Below are positions 25,212 through 37,200 of a stretch of 64,000 nucleotides of DNA, in pieces (the first letter of the stretch is position 1; each line of letters begins with the position of its first letter). The notes under the pieces were generated by a model. It ran no database searches. It saw only the letters and a list, made by a program, of their open reading frames with translations, and was not told the origin of the DNA. The stretch is from Dudresnaya verticillata (Eukaryota), in contig OZ374560.1 in NCBI GenBank assembly GCA_977862235.1, positions 1 through 64,000 of the forward strand, in the 5' to 3' direction. Both the position numbers and the translations under genes were made by a program.

Positions 25212-25925
25212 CTACTGAGTCTTACAGAACACGTCTTTCCATGAACGAGAGACATACTTACCTTCAATTTCCTCGTCCTCGTCACTCTCCTCGTCTTCTG
25301 AATCTTCACCACCCTGCCAGGCAACCATGTTCCGCCGAATTCTGCGCAAAAGTTCATGGAAAACCTTCTCACAGTTCTCACCTGTTAATGCAGACGTCTC
25401 CAAATATTCCATGCCCTCTTCCGCCGCAAATGCCGAGGCTTCCCTGACTGGAACCTTTCGATTCTTGTACTTGTCACTGTGTGTGCCCACCAAGATACGA
25501 GGGATGTCAGGTAAAGTCACCTGAGTTGCTCGGCTCGTCACGCCGTAAGTCTTCAGAAGCTTGTTGTTAATATGTTTGACGAACTGAAACGAGCTCCTGC
25601 TGCATATCGAAAAAGCCAACACATGCCCTTCAACGGCAGTCGAAAGATGGATGTCCATATGAAATTTGATATTCACGCCATCCGAATCCTGCGCTGTCAC
25701 GAAGTATCGTATCCCATCAACTTCGCATTCCCAGCATTGCGAGTCCTGGATACTGGGCCAATAGTGCTTGTCGAACTTTCTCTGCGCACATCGAGAGATC
25801 AATGCCGTCTTTCCAACCCTCGCATCACCAAGAACTGCCAAGTGTTGATAGCGCTGTCGTGCAGGTGAGTCTGGAAGTACAGCAAGGGCAACCGCTGTAC
25901 GTTCAACCTCGCGAGCGGCAGCCAT
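25212..25925 (-). CDS. Divergent Ras-family (Ras/Rheb-like) small GTPase, 237 aa
   Basis: G1 GDARVGKT, effector YWPSIQD, G3 DSDG, G4 THSD, G5 ETSAL, acidic hypervariable region, CaaX-like CKTQ*. First ATG at 25925. Confidence 0.88.
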   Translation of the reverse strand: MAAAREVERTAVALAVLPDSPARQRYQHLAVLGDARVGKTALISRCAQRKFDKHYWPSIQDSQCWECEVDGIRYFVTAQDSDGVNIKFHMDIHLSTAVEGHVLAFSICSRSSFQFVKHINNKLLKTYGVTSRATQVTLPDIPRILVGTHSDKYKNRKVPVREASAFAAEEGMEYLETSALTGENCEKVFHELLRRIRRNMVAWQGGEDSEDEESDEDEEIEGKYVSRSWKDVFCKTQ

Positions 25926-27346
25926 GGAAAACCCAAAACGCAAGACACGAGATGCAAACGAAAAATAAACTACAGGCAGCTGTTACCACTCAGCGAAGAA
26001 GAGTAGAGGTTGTTGCAGCGGGTTCAATGCGCAGTGGAGATGTTGCACCCTCTCCCTAGCTCTAGAAGTTTGAAAATGAACAAAAGGCTAGTCTTTCGTA
26101 GGGAAGGAAGCATACCATATGAGCTGATAGTGCTTTTGAAATTAAAGTGTGCGGGGTAAGGGTAGAGAAAGGATTCTTCAATGGCTCATCAAAGCACAAG
26201 TGTACCAACCCTGTGTCTTCTCGTTACAACAATAACGAGCTTGAGCATTTGTATTCCATCTCACGCAAGGACGCAGCTTGACTGATGATCTAACCGCAAG
26301 AGCCGACACTGATAGTGTGGATCAAGGAAGCACACGCGCGACCGGCAACGGCAGGCTATTGATGACGAGATTGTAGAAAAGTCGCAAGTCTGGCCTTGAA
26401 TAGAGAGGCAGACAGCAGCCCCGGAATTCGAAACGGTACCGAGATAGCGTCAGATGTCGAGGCCTGCATTTGTGTTAGTTGTTGAATTATGATTGAAACT
26501 GGTTTCATGCCTGCGACAAAACAACCGAACAGCAACGGCTACCATAGGTGGTTTATGCCCACGACTATCATCCTTTTCGAGGAAAAGAAGTACATTTCTT
26601 AGATATTTTGATGTCTGTTACCATCAGCATTGCCGTATCAATGTGGAGGCACGAGTCGAACATCACTGTTTCCATTCACTGTGATCCCTGTACTTCCTAG
26701 TGACATTGACTGTGCACAACTGGCGCCTGATGAAAGAAAAGAAGATCATGGCCTAGGGAGCGTGTTGCGCCCCGCCAGAGAAAGATGAAAAAAGCACACG
26801 TAGAGACTCCCAGAATAGCAGACGTGCTTGTCGCCGAAATGCGGTTCCTGGAGAGAACCGCACTGTAAACCAATGAGGAGAGAAGCATCACGTTACTTTT
26901 TGAGAAGCAACTGCATTTCTCCACAACAAGCTAGAAAAGCGCCGTGAAAGCAATTGAGACCGCCTTACGGAAAAGTTTGAGCATCAGTAGAATCGTTTTC
27001 ATAAGCCGCCAAGATGCTTCAGACTATCCTTCAATTACTTTTGCGTTTAGCTTCGGGCTTCATCGCATATGTTTGAAGTTGCCAGGGAATCTCCAGATTA
27101 GAGATACGATGAACTCCAGACCTGTTTGTAACCTATTGAGAAATGGAAGGTATTAGGCTAGCCGAGCAACACAGAACCTAGCCGCGGAAAAGATTCGGAA
27201 GTGTCACAAAGTGGGCTATGGCTCCATCGGCAGTGATGATGCAGATATTTTCTCCAGCGACAGAAAGGAAATGGGTACCCGACAGGTATAAGAAGAGTTT
27301 AGGACGTGACTGCGGTCGCCAGTCGTAGTACAGTGGTTTGCCTCAG

Positions 27347-27418
27347 GCGTCTATGGTCTAGAGGTAAGATACTTGCTTAGGGTGCAAGGGGTCCCGGGTT
27401 CAAATCCCGGTAGACGCC
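27347..27418 (+). tRNA. tRNA-Pro(AGG)
   Basis: Cloverleaf: acceptor GCGTCTA/TAGACGC, anticodon stem CTTGC/GCAAG with loop TTAGGGT, T arm CCGGG-TTCAAAT-CCCGG, discriminator C. Confidence 0.93.
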
Positions 27419-27898
27419 ACACGTGTGAAGCGTGTACGGTATTGGCTGGGCAATAATTTTGGCCCTCCATCCAATCTATTTTTGTGCACTAACTGTTCAC
27501 AACCGCAAATGCTGGTGAGTAAATGTTTCTACACCACCCCAGGGCGTGAACCAGGACTTCAACCAGGACTTGATCGTTTCCCGTCTATCTTGAAGGGAAT
27601 ACGTACTTGGCAACGACTTCGGTCAGCCCCTGTTGCTATCTCCTTAATTCAGATCCATTGGTTTTACTTGAGTACGAATTCGTACACGAATGGCCTCGAC
27701 GCTGGCGGGTGCGCTGTTTTCTACTTCGCTGAACATACCATTAAGCTTTTGCCGCATTTTCAATGTTGTACACTTTCCCTTTCCCTTGGCAGTCCCGGGA
27801 CATGAACACCCACTGCTTCTAACAGTGCCCGGAGCTCCTTGCCGACGACGGTTTCAATTGGACACAACGGACCTTGCTTGCGATCTCGCATCCAGAAG

Positions 27899-29941
27899 TC
27901 AAATAGAAAATACTGAGCCAGCTCCGCGACACAATGCCGTACTCAACAACGCGTCTCCGCCGACTCCCTCCCACAGCTTCAGGGTCAGCAATCTGTTCTC
28001 CACAAAAGCATGTTTCTTGCGTCCATTCAACAATCGTGCAGCATCAGAATAGTACATTACGGCGTCTTGTGTATGATGCTGTATGACAGCGATGTCTCCA
28101 AGACACACCTGGATGTTGGCGAGTCTTGCTTCCAACGATTTCTCGGGAGCCATCGGATCAAACAAAGCCCAGAACGATGCAAAAGCAGTCGAGAGAAAAT
28201 AGGACGCATGCCTCAGTGTGTCTAGCACCGGAGCAGTAATCCCATTACCCGCCTCTTCTATGTTAAGCTTAGCAGTCCAGAACAGCACCTTGCCGTACGC
28301 GAGGAGCACTTCAGCATATCCGGCAGTCCATCTCGCGTGTCTGGGAAGCTCAAGGAGAATTCTGGAAAACAGCTTCCGTACGCGCCGTAGGCGGGCCATA
28401 TCCGCAGAGCGACACGAGAAAGGTAGCGACTGGAAAAATTCTTCAACTCCATGCTGAAAAAAGGTTCCGAGAGCTTCGCCGATGTCTTGAACATTTCCTA
28501 CTGTTCTCCGAACCTCTTCTATAAGTTCGAAAACGAGCTCAGGGTTAAAGTTGTCTTGAGAAAACAGTTTGGAAGCTTCTCGTGAGAGAGGCAGTTGGAT
28601 CGCATGTTCAACCACATGCGAAATTATGTCAACTATAGAAACCGAATGCAGTTTCTCCAACTTGCAGGGCTCGTCTCTCCAAAATAGCGTAGAGCGTTTT
28701 CTCGGACTCGCGTGATTGACCGAGTTACTAAACTCGGAGCTGTGGTTTCCTTCAGCGAAATTAGATGCCGGTATAGCATGAGACGACTCTGGAGACTTCC
28801 ATATTTGCCCACTCCTATACCTGGCTTCGGAGAGATTTTGGGGTATCGAGGTAGATTGCACCGGCTTTTCCGATGGGGCTTCGATGTCGCAAAAGGCAGG
28901 GACCTGATGGTTGGAAGCAATGCAGCCCATGTTGGAGGCAGGGCGTAGTATCTGTTCCGAATCAGAGGGGAGTACAGCGCGAGATACCTGAGAACAATCT
29001 GTTCCCCTCGACCCAAGACCATGAGGAAGCTCCTCTTCTATTAGATTAGGGCTGCTCTGCTTTTCTTTGACTCGATTGTCACCAGTTAAATTCTTCTCTG
29101 GGAACCGCTCAACGGGGGCTGATGTGTGAAGGGAATACACATGGCTTTCACACATATTAACGGATTCTCGAGAATGAGATGCGCGAATTGTATCAGCTCC
29201 CATCCGTTCCTCTTCAACGGCTTCGATAGACTTCCCGGTATGCGTTTCACTCAGCGTTCCGTTCTCCTGAAAGCCCACGCCTTCGAAATGGACAAGTGCC
29301 GTTTTGTTCAATTCTGGAGAGCTCGTCTTCCGGTCGGTATTTTCAGGCTGTTTGATCTTTGACAATGATTTCGTAAGGGAAGGACTGTATACTGATGGAA
29401 TAACAGTGTAGTCTGGCTCTTCGTCCATAGCATTTGATGGGGTATTCGTTTGACGCTGTCCATACTTTTTCTTAGCAGCATATAAGGTAGCTGCAGTCAC
29501 GAGAGATTTAGAAGGAATCTTCCTCGGGAACAGATCCGCAGTTGAAGGCATCCGAGAAGCGCTTCTACAGTCTCTCCCTATTTCTCCTTCCTTGACTTGT
29601 TGTTTCTCAGACTTTATGATATTTGGACTCCTCCTGGATGGTCCGTGGACAGCAGTTAGCCCTTTCTTTGCGTTGAAGCCTAGTGAAGAAGATGATGAGA
29701 GCGATACGGGGAGACGTGCAGTCTTGCCGCGCAATTCAGGGCACTCCTTGTACGATGACTGATCTCGCTCCATAGGGTGAGGTGAACTGCCCTTAGGACG
29801 CCTCAAATCTGGACAAGACTTCCTCACTTGGACGGGATCACGACTCGGCGAATCGCTATCGCCATCTAGATCACCAGCTCCAGAAAGACGCTTGTATGAA
29901 CCCTTGCGAAGGAATCCTCGTAGTGATCTGGAAACACCCAT
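27899..29941 (-). CDS. Hypothetical protein (680 aa): disordered N-terminus, alpha-helical/TPR-like C-terminal domain
   Basis: Long ATG ORF; C-terminal helices such as LLAYGKVLF and CLGDIAVIQHHTQDAVMYYSDA look TPR-like. Confidence 0.75.
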   Translation of the reverse strand: MGVSRSLRGFLRKGSYKRLSGAGDLDGDSDSPSRDPVQVRKSCPDLRRPKGSSPHPMERDQSSYKECPELRGKTARLPVSLSSSSSLGFNAKKGLTAVHGPSRRSPNIIKSEKQQVKEGEIGRDCRSASRMPSTADLFPRKIPSKSLVTAATLYAAKKKYGQRQTNTPSNAMDEEPDYTVIPSVYSPSLTKSLSKIKQPENTDRKTSSPELNKTALVHFEGVGFQENGTLSETHTGKSIEAVEEERMGADTIRASHSRESVNMCESHVYSLHTSAPVERFPEKNLTGDNRVKEKQSSPNLIEEELPHGLGSRGTDCSQVSRAVLPSDSEQILRPASNMGCIASNHQVPAFCDIEAPSEKPVQSTSIPQNLSEARYRSGQIWKSPESSHAIPASNFAEGNHSSEFSNSVNHASPRKRSTLFWRDEPCKLEKLHSVSIVDIISHVVEHAIQLPLSREASKLFSQDNFNPELVFELIEEVRRTVGNVQDIGEALGTFFQHGVEEFFQSLPFSCRSADMARLRRVRKLFSRILLELPRHARWTAGYAEVLLAYGKVLFWTAKLNIEEAGNGITAPVLDTLRHASYFLSTAFASFWALFDPMAPEKSLEARLANIQVCLGDIAVIQHHTQDAVMYYSDAARLLNGRKKHAFVENRLLTLKLWEGVGGDALLSTALCRGAGSVFSI

Positions 29942-30684
29942 AACTTGAAACTCTGTTCTTGGAAGTGCTACAGCTCTCCACCGAAGGTTCGGTGGACCGC
30001 CCCCGCGACTATACTTCCAGGCACAAATATCAAAGCCGTCGGAAGTTCTCGGTGCTGCTAGCGCTGGTTGACGAGTGTGTTAATAAAATGACAAAGACTG
30101 GCAGAGCGTCTAGCAAGAAGACGCTTCGACTCCAGACGGGCTCTGTTGCTTCAGGCGTCGGAGCAGTCGTCGGAGCTGGGAACATCTGGCCAAGGCAGGC
30201 TCTCGACCACTTCAGGCCTCGCAATCTGGGCGGGCTGTTTTCGAAAGAATTTCAAAGAATATTCCCAGTTGCCACCTGCATCGCATCATCGTCACCACAA
30301 CCGCAGCTAGTGAATTGTAACCTTACCGCCACCGGGTCCAGGCCAACCGAAGCCCCAGCCCGCGAAACAAACATTCAGAGAACCTGTCCAAAATTCAAAA
30401 CATGCTTCTCGCCCGGATCATCGGGCCTACCAACGGTCAACAGTACCACCCAACCGGATAGCACCAAGTGCACAAATCAGGGCCCGAGACAGTGCCCAAG
30501 CCTTACAAGCACACCGAAACAGTAAGAAAAAGGGTAGTCTACAGTACAGCTTACAGTCGACAACGTACACGGTTTACAGTTGACAACCGTTGCCCTCCGT
30601 GGGCTCTTACCCCGAATGTACGCTCTTCTATTCTATTTCATGCCCTGTGGGCTACATGCTATTGTGGTGCGAGTAAGACCGACA

Positions 30685-30866
30685 AAATGTGACCATCCAT
30701 AACAAAGGCCTATAATTTGACATAATTTAGGACATGGAAAGACAAACCCATACGCCAGCTACGAGCGAGCATAAAAGTCCTTTCCACTCCCCGCTCTTGC
30801 TGGTGTTCGTCATACTGCAGAAATGTCACCATCCATAACAAAGGCCTATAATTTGAAATCATTTAG
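30685..30866. repeat. Direct repeat pair with 136-bp period
   Basis: ACCATCCATAACAAAGGCCTATAATTTGA at 30692 and 30828. Confidence 0.8.
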
Positions 30867-31413
30867 CAAACTTGGAGAACAATGTAGACACGAGCTGTTA
30901 ACGTTATTCATTTCATCAAACAATACCGGTACCCGGACACAATTAATGAATTAATGCATGCTGAAAACCGACATCTTGACCTCATTTCCATACAAAATTC
31001 ATTGACTACATACAATTACAGAAATGAATAAACCTTATCCGCCATTATAAATAAGTATACTTTTACGTTATTTACAATACCTGTAAACTGTTCTTCATGC
31101 GGTTTCCGAAGCCTGCCGCATTCTTTCCCTATTTCGGAACCAAATTATGTGAACCATCATCACCTAGACCTTATTGTTGACGGCCAAGAGCAAAACTGGT
31201 CGTAGTGGGCCTCATGTGAGACCCACACCCATTCCTATCACACGCCATTTGGAGCCAAATCTGCCCGCACCTTGTACTATATTTAATACCTAGCCCACGG
31301 TGATGCATAGTATCCCCTAGCTGAAAGGGTGCGGTATAGACGCTGTGCGCAAAACCACTCCGTGGTCTACGTGAACATAGTCTAGAGACACGCATTTCGA
31401 AGTGACTCTTTAA

Positions 31414-31758
31414 CCCCGTGCCTGTTGCGTGAGGAAAAGTCCTCACGCATGACATGAGGTGAAAAATGGGTGATATTTGTGAATCGGCTCCGGTTGGTGA
31501 GACTCACCTGCCAAATCACCAAGCTCAGGTCGGCGACCCCCGGCCTCACCTCTCCTCACCCCAACCCCTCACCCCAACCCCTCACCTCACGCAGCTGAGT
31601 TTAACCCCCTCACCCTCACCCCTCACCCTCACCCCCTCCACTGCCACCACGCGACGCCGCCCCGCTCGGGCTGCTACCAAACCGAGCGCTCTCACGCCCG
31701 AGGTCGCAGGCTGCGGCCTGCCACGAACGGACGCCGCCCTGCCCGGCCTGCCGCGAAA
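31414..31758 (+). repeat. piggyBac left TIR (345 bp)
   Basis: Near-identical reverse complement of 46833-47177. Confidence 0.95.
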
Positions 31759-31893
31759 CCAACCCGCCATTCCACCCCCCCGAGGGCACAGCGTGCTACC
31801 AAGCCCAGACAACCCACGGGCACCCACGACGCGCAGCTTCGGCTGGGGCGCGCCCAAACCGCCATCCAACTACAACAAACTGCCCCGCGAGGC

Positions 31894-32880
31894 GTGCCCT
31901 GGCTGTCAAGAAGCCAAGCCGCCTCGCCCGGCGTTCCAATATCCCACGTAGACCCGTTCGGATTGCTGGCTAGCTATGCCGCCCCGCCTGGCCTGCCGAT
32001 GAAGTTCGCCGCCCCGACTTGCCACCCAAAAGTATCAAACATCATAGACGGGTCTGTGAAGGCGCCCTCGGTGCCAGTCTGGACCGAGGAGCAGCGCCGC
32101 ACCGTGCTTGCCTTATTGAGTGCAGCTGGAGTCGCTACTAGCGGTTTGAGTGGTTCGCCCACTGAGTGGGTGAACCAGTCTCTGGCGGCTGCGTCGCGTT
32201 CCCAAAGTGCGTCGGTGCCGGTGCCGATGGTTGGCGTAGGTTCTGCGTCGAAAGACGGTGCCGACGGAAAGTCGTCATCGCCTAAGGCGACTGGTTCAGC
32301 GTCCAAAGACGTAATTGATACTGTACCACCAGCGGCGAGCGAGGCAGATGTCGCTACAACGTCTCCGACGGTTGAAGAGGGCCCAGTGGCTCCTGCGTTG
32401 ATGACGGATATAGATCCAATGACGCCAAAGGCGGGTGAGGGGTCTACGTCGGTTCAGACGGTTGCGACAGTTGCGCCGAAGGCGGTATGTTCTGCGGCGC
32501 CGAAGACGAGCGATGAGTTGAACTCTACGCCAAAGGCGGTTGCGGTTGCTTCGCCGTCTAAGGGGACAGTCCCTGCAACTACGCCGAAGGCGGATGTTAT
32601 CGGGGCAGCGCCGGAGGCGAATGGACCACTTGGTTCTGCGCCGTCGGCGGTTGGGAAGGCCAAAGAGGCTTCGCCGCCTAAGGCGGGTGGCGAGTCGAAC
32701 CCTTCGCCAGGGGCGCATATTACTCCTTCAGCTGTGGCGGTGGCGGTGCCTTTGCGGTCCGTCCCTGTTGCCGCTGTGGGTGTGCCGTCAGTGACGGAAG
32801 ACGACCTCTATGAAGAGGCGTTGAGGGAGTCCGCCGATGGCGATGGTGCGGCGGACTCGGCCAAACCGTCTGCTACGTGA
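31894..32880 (+). CDS. E2 antisense accessory ORF, C-terminal part (Ala/Pro/Ser-rich)
   Basis: 328 open codons antisense to pol; shares the W....S.GV....VDPF motif with the E3 antisense ORF. Confidence 0.55.
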   Translation: MPWLSRSQAASPGVPISHVDPFGLLASYAAPPGLPMKFAAPTCHPKVSNIIDGSVKAPSVPVWTEEQRRTVLALLSAAGVATSGLSGSPTEWVNQSLAAASRSQSASVPVPMVGVGSASKDGADGKSSSPKATGSASKDVIDTVPPAASEADVATTSPTVEEGPVAPALMTDIDPMTPKAGEGSTSVQTVATVAPKAVCSAAPKTSDELNSTPKAVAVASPSKGTVPATTPKADVIGAAPEANGPLGSAPSAVGKAKEASPPKAGGESNPSPGAHITPSAVAVAVPLRSVPVAAVGVPSVTEDDLYEEALRESADGDGAADSAKPSAT

Positions 32881-34229
32881 CATAGTTAGCGTCGTTTAGG
32901 GCGGAAGGCCTTCGCGGGGGTGCGTATCGTGTACCTTGTCGGCTCCTTTGCGGAGTCGGGGCAAGGCGTCGTACGTCGTTGACGAATGTGTTAAATGTTC
33001 TGCGGCGTTTAGCCGCCGTGGCTTGTAGCTTGGGCGCGGGGCTTCCCCGTTGCTTAGCCCGAATGAATTGTATCGTTGGTAACGTAGTTTGGTTTCGTCT
33101 CGCTGCGACCGTCGTGTTGCAGCCGTCACGTCTTAGTGTTTTGCCACCGCGTTTCTTGTCTTCGTCGTGACGACGTTAGCATATTAATCGTCGAGAGACG
33201 TTACTTGGGCGTTGTACCTCCCTTCTTGTTCGCACATTAGCGTTGTGTAGCGCCCGGAGCGTATAGGGGTTTAGCGACGTTGTCGGTGCCGAGCCTCTTG
33301 GTTATCTCGCTTAGCGAAGCGTTTCTTTGCGTTGCATTTCATCCTGCCACGCCCGACGTAGTCGTCTTAGGGGACTCGCTCAGCGCGTTGTTGGGCCATT
33401 TGCAACGCCTGGGGCGTATTCTCTTCTCGTTTGGTGCGCTGTAGCTTAGTTGTGCGCATCGTCGTTGACGGAGGTCGGCGTGTGGTAGGTGAGGTCAGAG
33501 CCTTGTTCCTCGTCTCCGACGTTCGCCTTCGAGGGTGGGGAATGGTCGCCGCGCGACTGTGGCGGGCATTCCCAGCGGCGGAGCCGTTGCGCGATTTGGT
33601 TAGCGATTCGGTTGTGCGTCGTGCACGGAACCGTGATAAACGCGTCCTCGACGACTCAATCCCCCCCTTTGTCGGCGGGTTCGGCGGCGTGGTGCGTGTG
33701 TTCGTGCCCGGCCGAGCCGTTCGCTGGCTGGGGAAGTGAAGGCTGCAGCGACTTGGCCGTGGTGCGCAAGCGTGCGGCAACGTCGGGGACGGTCTTTGCG
33801 CGTTACGAAGTGCGTCTCTGCATGGCGACGTGCGCGCCGGTAGCACCAGTGCTGCCACTTGGCATACCTTGTGTGGCGTAATGGTTGATTGTCGGGTAGT
33901 GCGCCTCCCCTTTGTTTGTGCATTAAATTTTCCAGCTCGCGTCTGCGTCTGCAATGGGATTGGTGAGGCGCGTACCTCGGTGAGTGATCGGGAGCCACTG
34001 TCAGCCACCCGCGCATCCGGGGCGTTGTATGAGGGCCTTGTGGTGTGGTTGTCTTCGACGCCAGAATTGCATCCGGCTCCGTCTGTGACGTGTGTGCTTG
34101 ATTGTCGCCGCGGCGGGTGTGTCCGCGTCCACGTACGTGAGAGGGGGATTCCACGCCGTTGGCGACATCCGCCCGCGCAGTCTCTGAACGTCATTGTATT
34201 CGCTACTAGCGTTGTTTTCCCGATTAGGG

Positions 34230-37200
34230 TTATCCGCGCTGGGCGTCCTCAATATTTGGAGGCAGGCGCGTGTGCTTCCGACGGTGGTACCGCACGGCGT
34301 GTGATCGCGGCAAACTGGACACGGGCTCCCAGGTGTTCGCTGAAGCGGGGTATCCAAACCACTTGACGCGGTAGAGGATCTCACCGTCATCCGCGTAGGC
34401 GTGCGACTCGATGCGTTCGATAACGTATTCTTTCCCGCTCACAGCGTTCGGCTTGGACCGGTGTCCTTCCAGCGCCTTTGGCGGTTCGTCTCGTTGCGTT
34501 ATGGGCGTCTGTTCCGGTTCGGCGAAGCGTACTCGACGAGTTGATCGCCGAAGGCGTTGGCCTTGGGCCTCGGACGCTCGATCAGCGGTCAGTGGGTTGT
34601 TGCGTCTTGAGACGACTTCATCGCTTGCAGCGCTTTGCTTCGTACTTGCACGGTTAACGTCTTCGTTATCGGACGCGCTTTCAGCGGATTCATTGTTCTC
34701 ATTCGGCGGTGCCGTAGCGACGTGTTCCAAACGGGTGCGAACCCCTGGGGTATTGTCGTCGTTGGAGACGGATTGCGAAGCGCGGTCGTCGGGATCGGCA
34801 GCGAAGGGCGAAAGCTCTGCCAACCCACGACTGTGTGACGCTGTGGTCGTACGCTCTTGCGGATCTCTCGCAGTATTCGAAGTCTCCGCGTCCCCCTCCG
34901 GGTCCGCTGGTGGCGTGCTTGGGGTAGTCGTCCCTTCGTCTTGTGACGTGGGGGCGACTGCGTCCTGCTCCTCAGGTGGACCTGGTGGTACGACGATTGG
35001 AGGAGCCGCCTGGCCCGGTGGGGTCGGCGCCCAGACCACGCGGTCTCGGGACAAACGTTCCCGCTCATCACGTCCCTTGTCGACGGTTTCTCCCTTCGTC
35101 TGTAGACGCGAAAGGGCATCTGCCTGAGTATTCGGGTACCCCTTTTTGTACTTCACGACAAAGTCGAACTCGGAAAGGCGAAGGCGCCACCGCATTAACC
35201 GTCCAGAGGGGTCGCTGATTTCCATCAGCCACCTCAATGACGAATGGTCCGTATGGACTGTGAACGACTCCATCTGGAGGTAAGGTCGCAGCGTCATGAC
35301 GGACCATACTACTGCGAGGCACTCCTTTTCGGAGACCGAGTAGTTACGCTCTGGAGCGGTGAGTGAGCGGGACCAGAAGCCGAGTGGCTTACGTTCCCCG
35401 TCCGGCTGCATTTGAAAGAGAGCGCAGCCAACCTGATACTCGCTTGCGTCACAGTCGACGGAGTAGGGGAGATCCTGTTGTGGTAGCGCCAGTATAGGCG
35501 GATGAGTCACGGCCTCGACGAGCGTATTGAACGCTTTGGCTTGTGTCTCATCAAACGGTGGTAACCGGAAGTCCTGTTCCTTCCTCAGCAACTTGTCGAG
35601 GGGGGCAGCGACATGCGCGTATCGCGAGACGAACCGTCGGTAGACGTTACAAAGACCTAGGAAACTCCGTAGCTCCTTCTGATCCCGTGGATGCTTGGCT
35701 TCGCGTAGCGCGGCAGTGACAGTTCGGTCGACTTCTAACCGTCCTGGACGTATGACGTGTCCTAAGTAGTTGACGGTCGGGGTGAAGAAGTCACACTTGG
35801 TCAACTTCAGAGTCACCCCGGCGCGGTGCAATGTGGAAAGGATCTCGTCAACATGACGGAGGTGACTGTCGATGTCGCTGGAGAAGATTATTACGTCATC
35901 GAGGTAGACGAGGCACGAACGCCACTTGTAACCAGCGAGCAGTATGTCCAACGTTCGTTTAAACGTAGCGGGTGCGTTCGTGAGACCGAATGGCATACGC
36001 TTATAGCGGAACAGTCCAGCGTGGCACGTGAACGCAGTCTTATCGCGGTCTCGCGGATTGATCGGCACTTACCAGTACCCACTGTTACATTCTAGGGTGG
36101 TGAAGACGTTTGCTTCCCCTAGACTGTCGATGCATTCGTCGATACGCGGCAGCGGGTACGTGTCCCGTATGGTTACTGCGTTTAAACGACGGTAGTCCAC
36201 GCAAAAGCGGAGGGTCCCGTCCTTCTTGGGGGCGAAGACCACTGGTGACGCCCACGGCGATTGTGCGGGTTCGATAACCCCTTGACGCAGCATGCGGTCC
36301 ACTTCCGCTTGAGCGAGTTGCCTTTGCTTCGGCCCCGCTCGATAGGGCGGGGACGATATCGGCCTAGAGCCGGGAAGCAAGTCGATGTAGTGCTCTGTGG
36401 TTGAGATTTCTCCCAACGAACCGTCCCACATAGACGAATACTTGCGCAAAATCTCCTTAAGCCGGCCTTGATGCTCGGCGGGGAGATGGCTCAGGTCCAA
36501 ATCGTCTACCGACGGAGGTTTGGCAGTGGTTGCCTCGATAGACTTCGTGAAAGTATCCGGCTGTGCCGTACTGTTATCGTTCGTTTGAAAACGGAAATCT
36601 TGGTTTGCCTTCTACTCCTCGGCCTGTTCCTCTGTGAGGCCCAAAACATCGGCAAGACTTACGTGACTGGGGAACACTGCTGTCGGATGTGGTAACGCCG
36701 TCGCGGCGACTTGGCCTTTGGCCAGCGCCTGCGGGCGGGGAGAGAAGTTGGCAACCAGAATGCGAAACGCTTTTAGCGACTCCACTTGAGCAATCCCGTT
36801 CGTAACGGCCAACCCTTGTTTGTCGTACAGCGTTCCGAACGGTTGAATTGTGATGATACCGGCGCGCTCGGTGGTCACCAATACCCATTGCTGCGCCTTA
36901 GGCGGGATGATCGCGCGCTCGGCGACTCGGATCTTGGGCGACGTCCTCCCTTCGGCCTTGCCGTATTCCTGTTCCGTTGGTAACGGAGGATACGACGGGG
37001 GTCGGCGCAGCGGGCGGCGCGTTATAGGGACACGAGTCCCGTCATCCAATTCAACCTCGCGACTTCGCGGATATATTGCTTCGAAGAACCGGTCGCAAAA
37101 GTCGCAGCCGAGTATCACCGGCGCAGCGAGTCGTTCGCAAACGATCAGTTCCAACTTGACGACTCTCCGTCCTAGACGAACGATCAAGTCGATGGTGCCT

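Noticed and set aside
27230..27340. snoRNA or permuted tRNA upstream of tRNA-Pro (GTGATGA box, extra A-box-like TAGTACAGTGG)
   Set aside because: No canonical CTGA box D and no second B box or cloverleaf.
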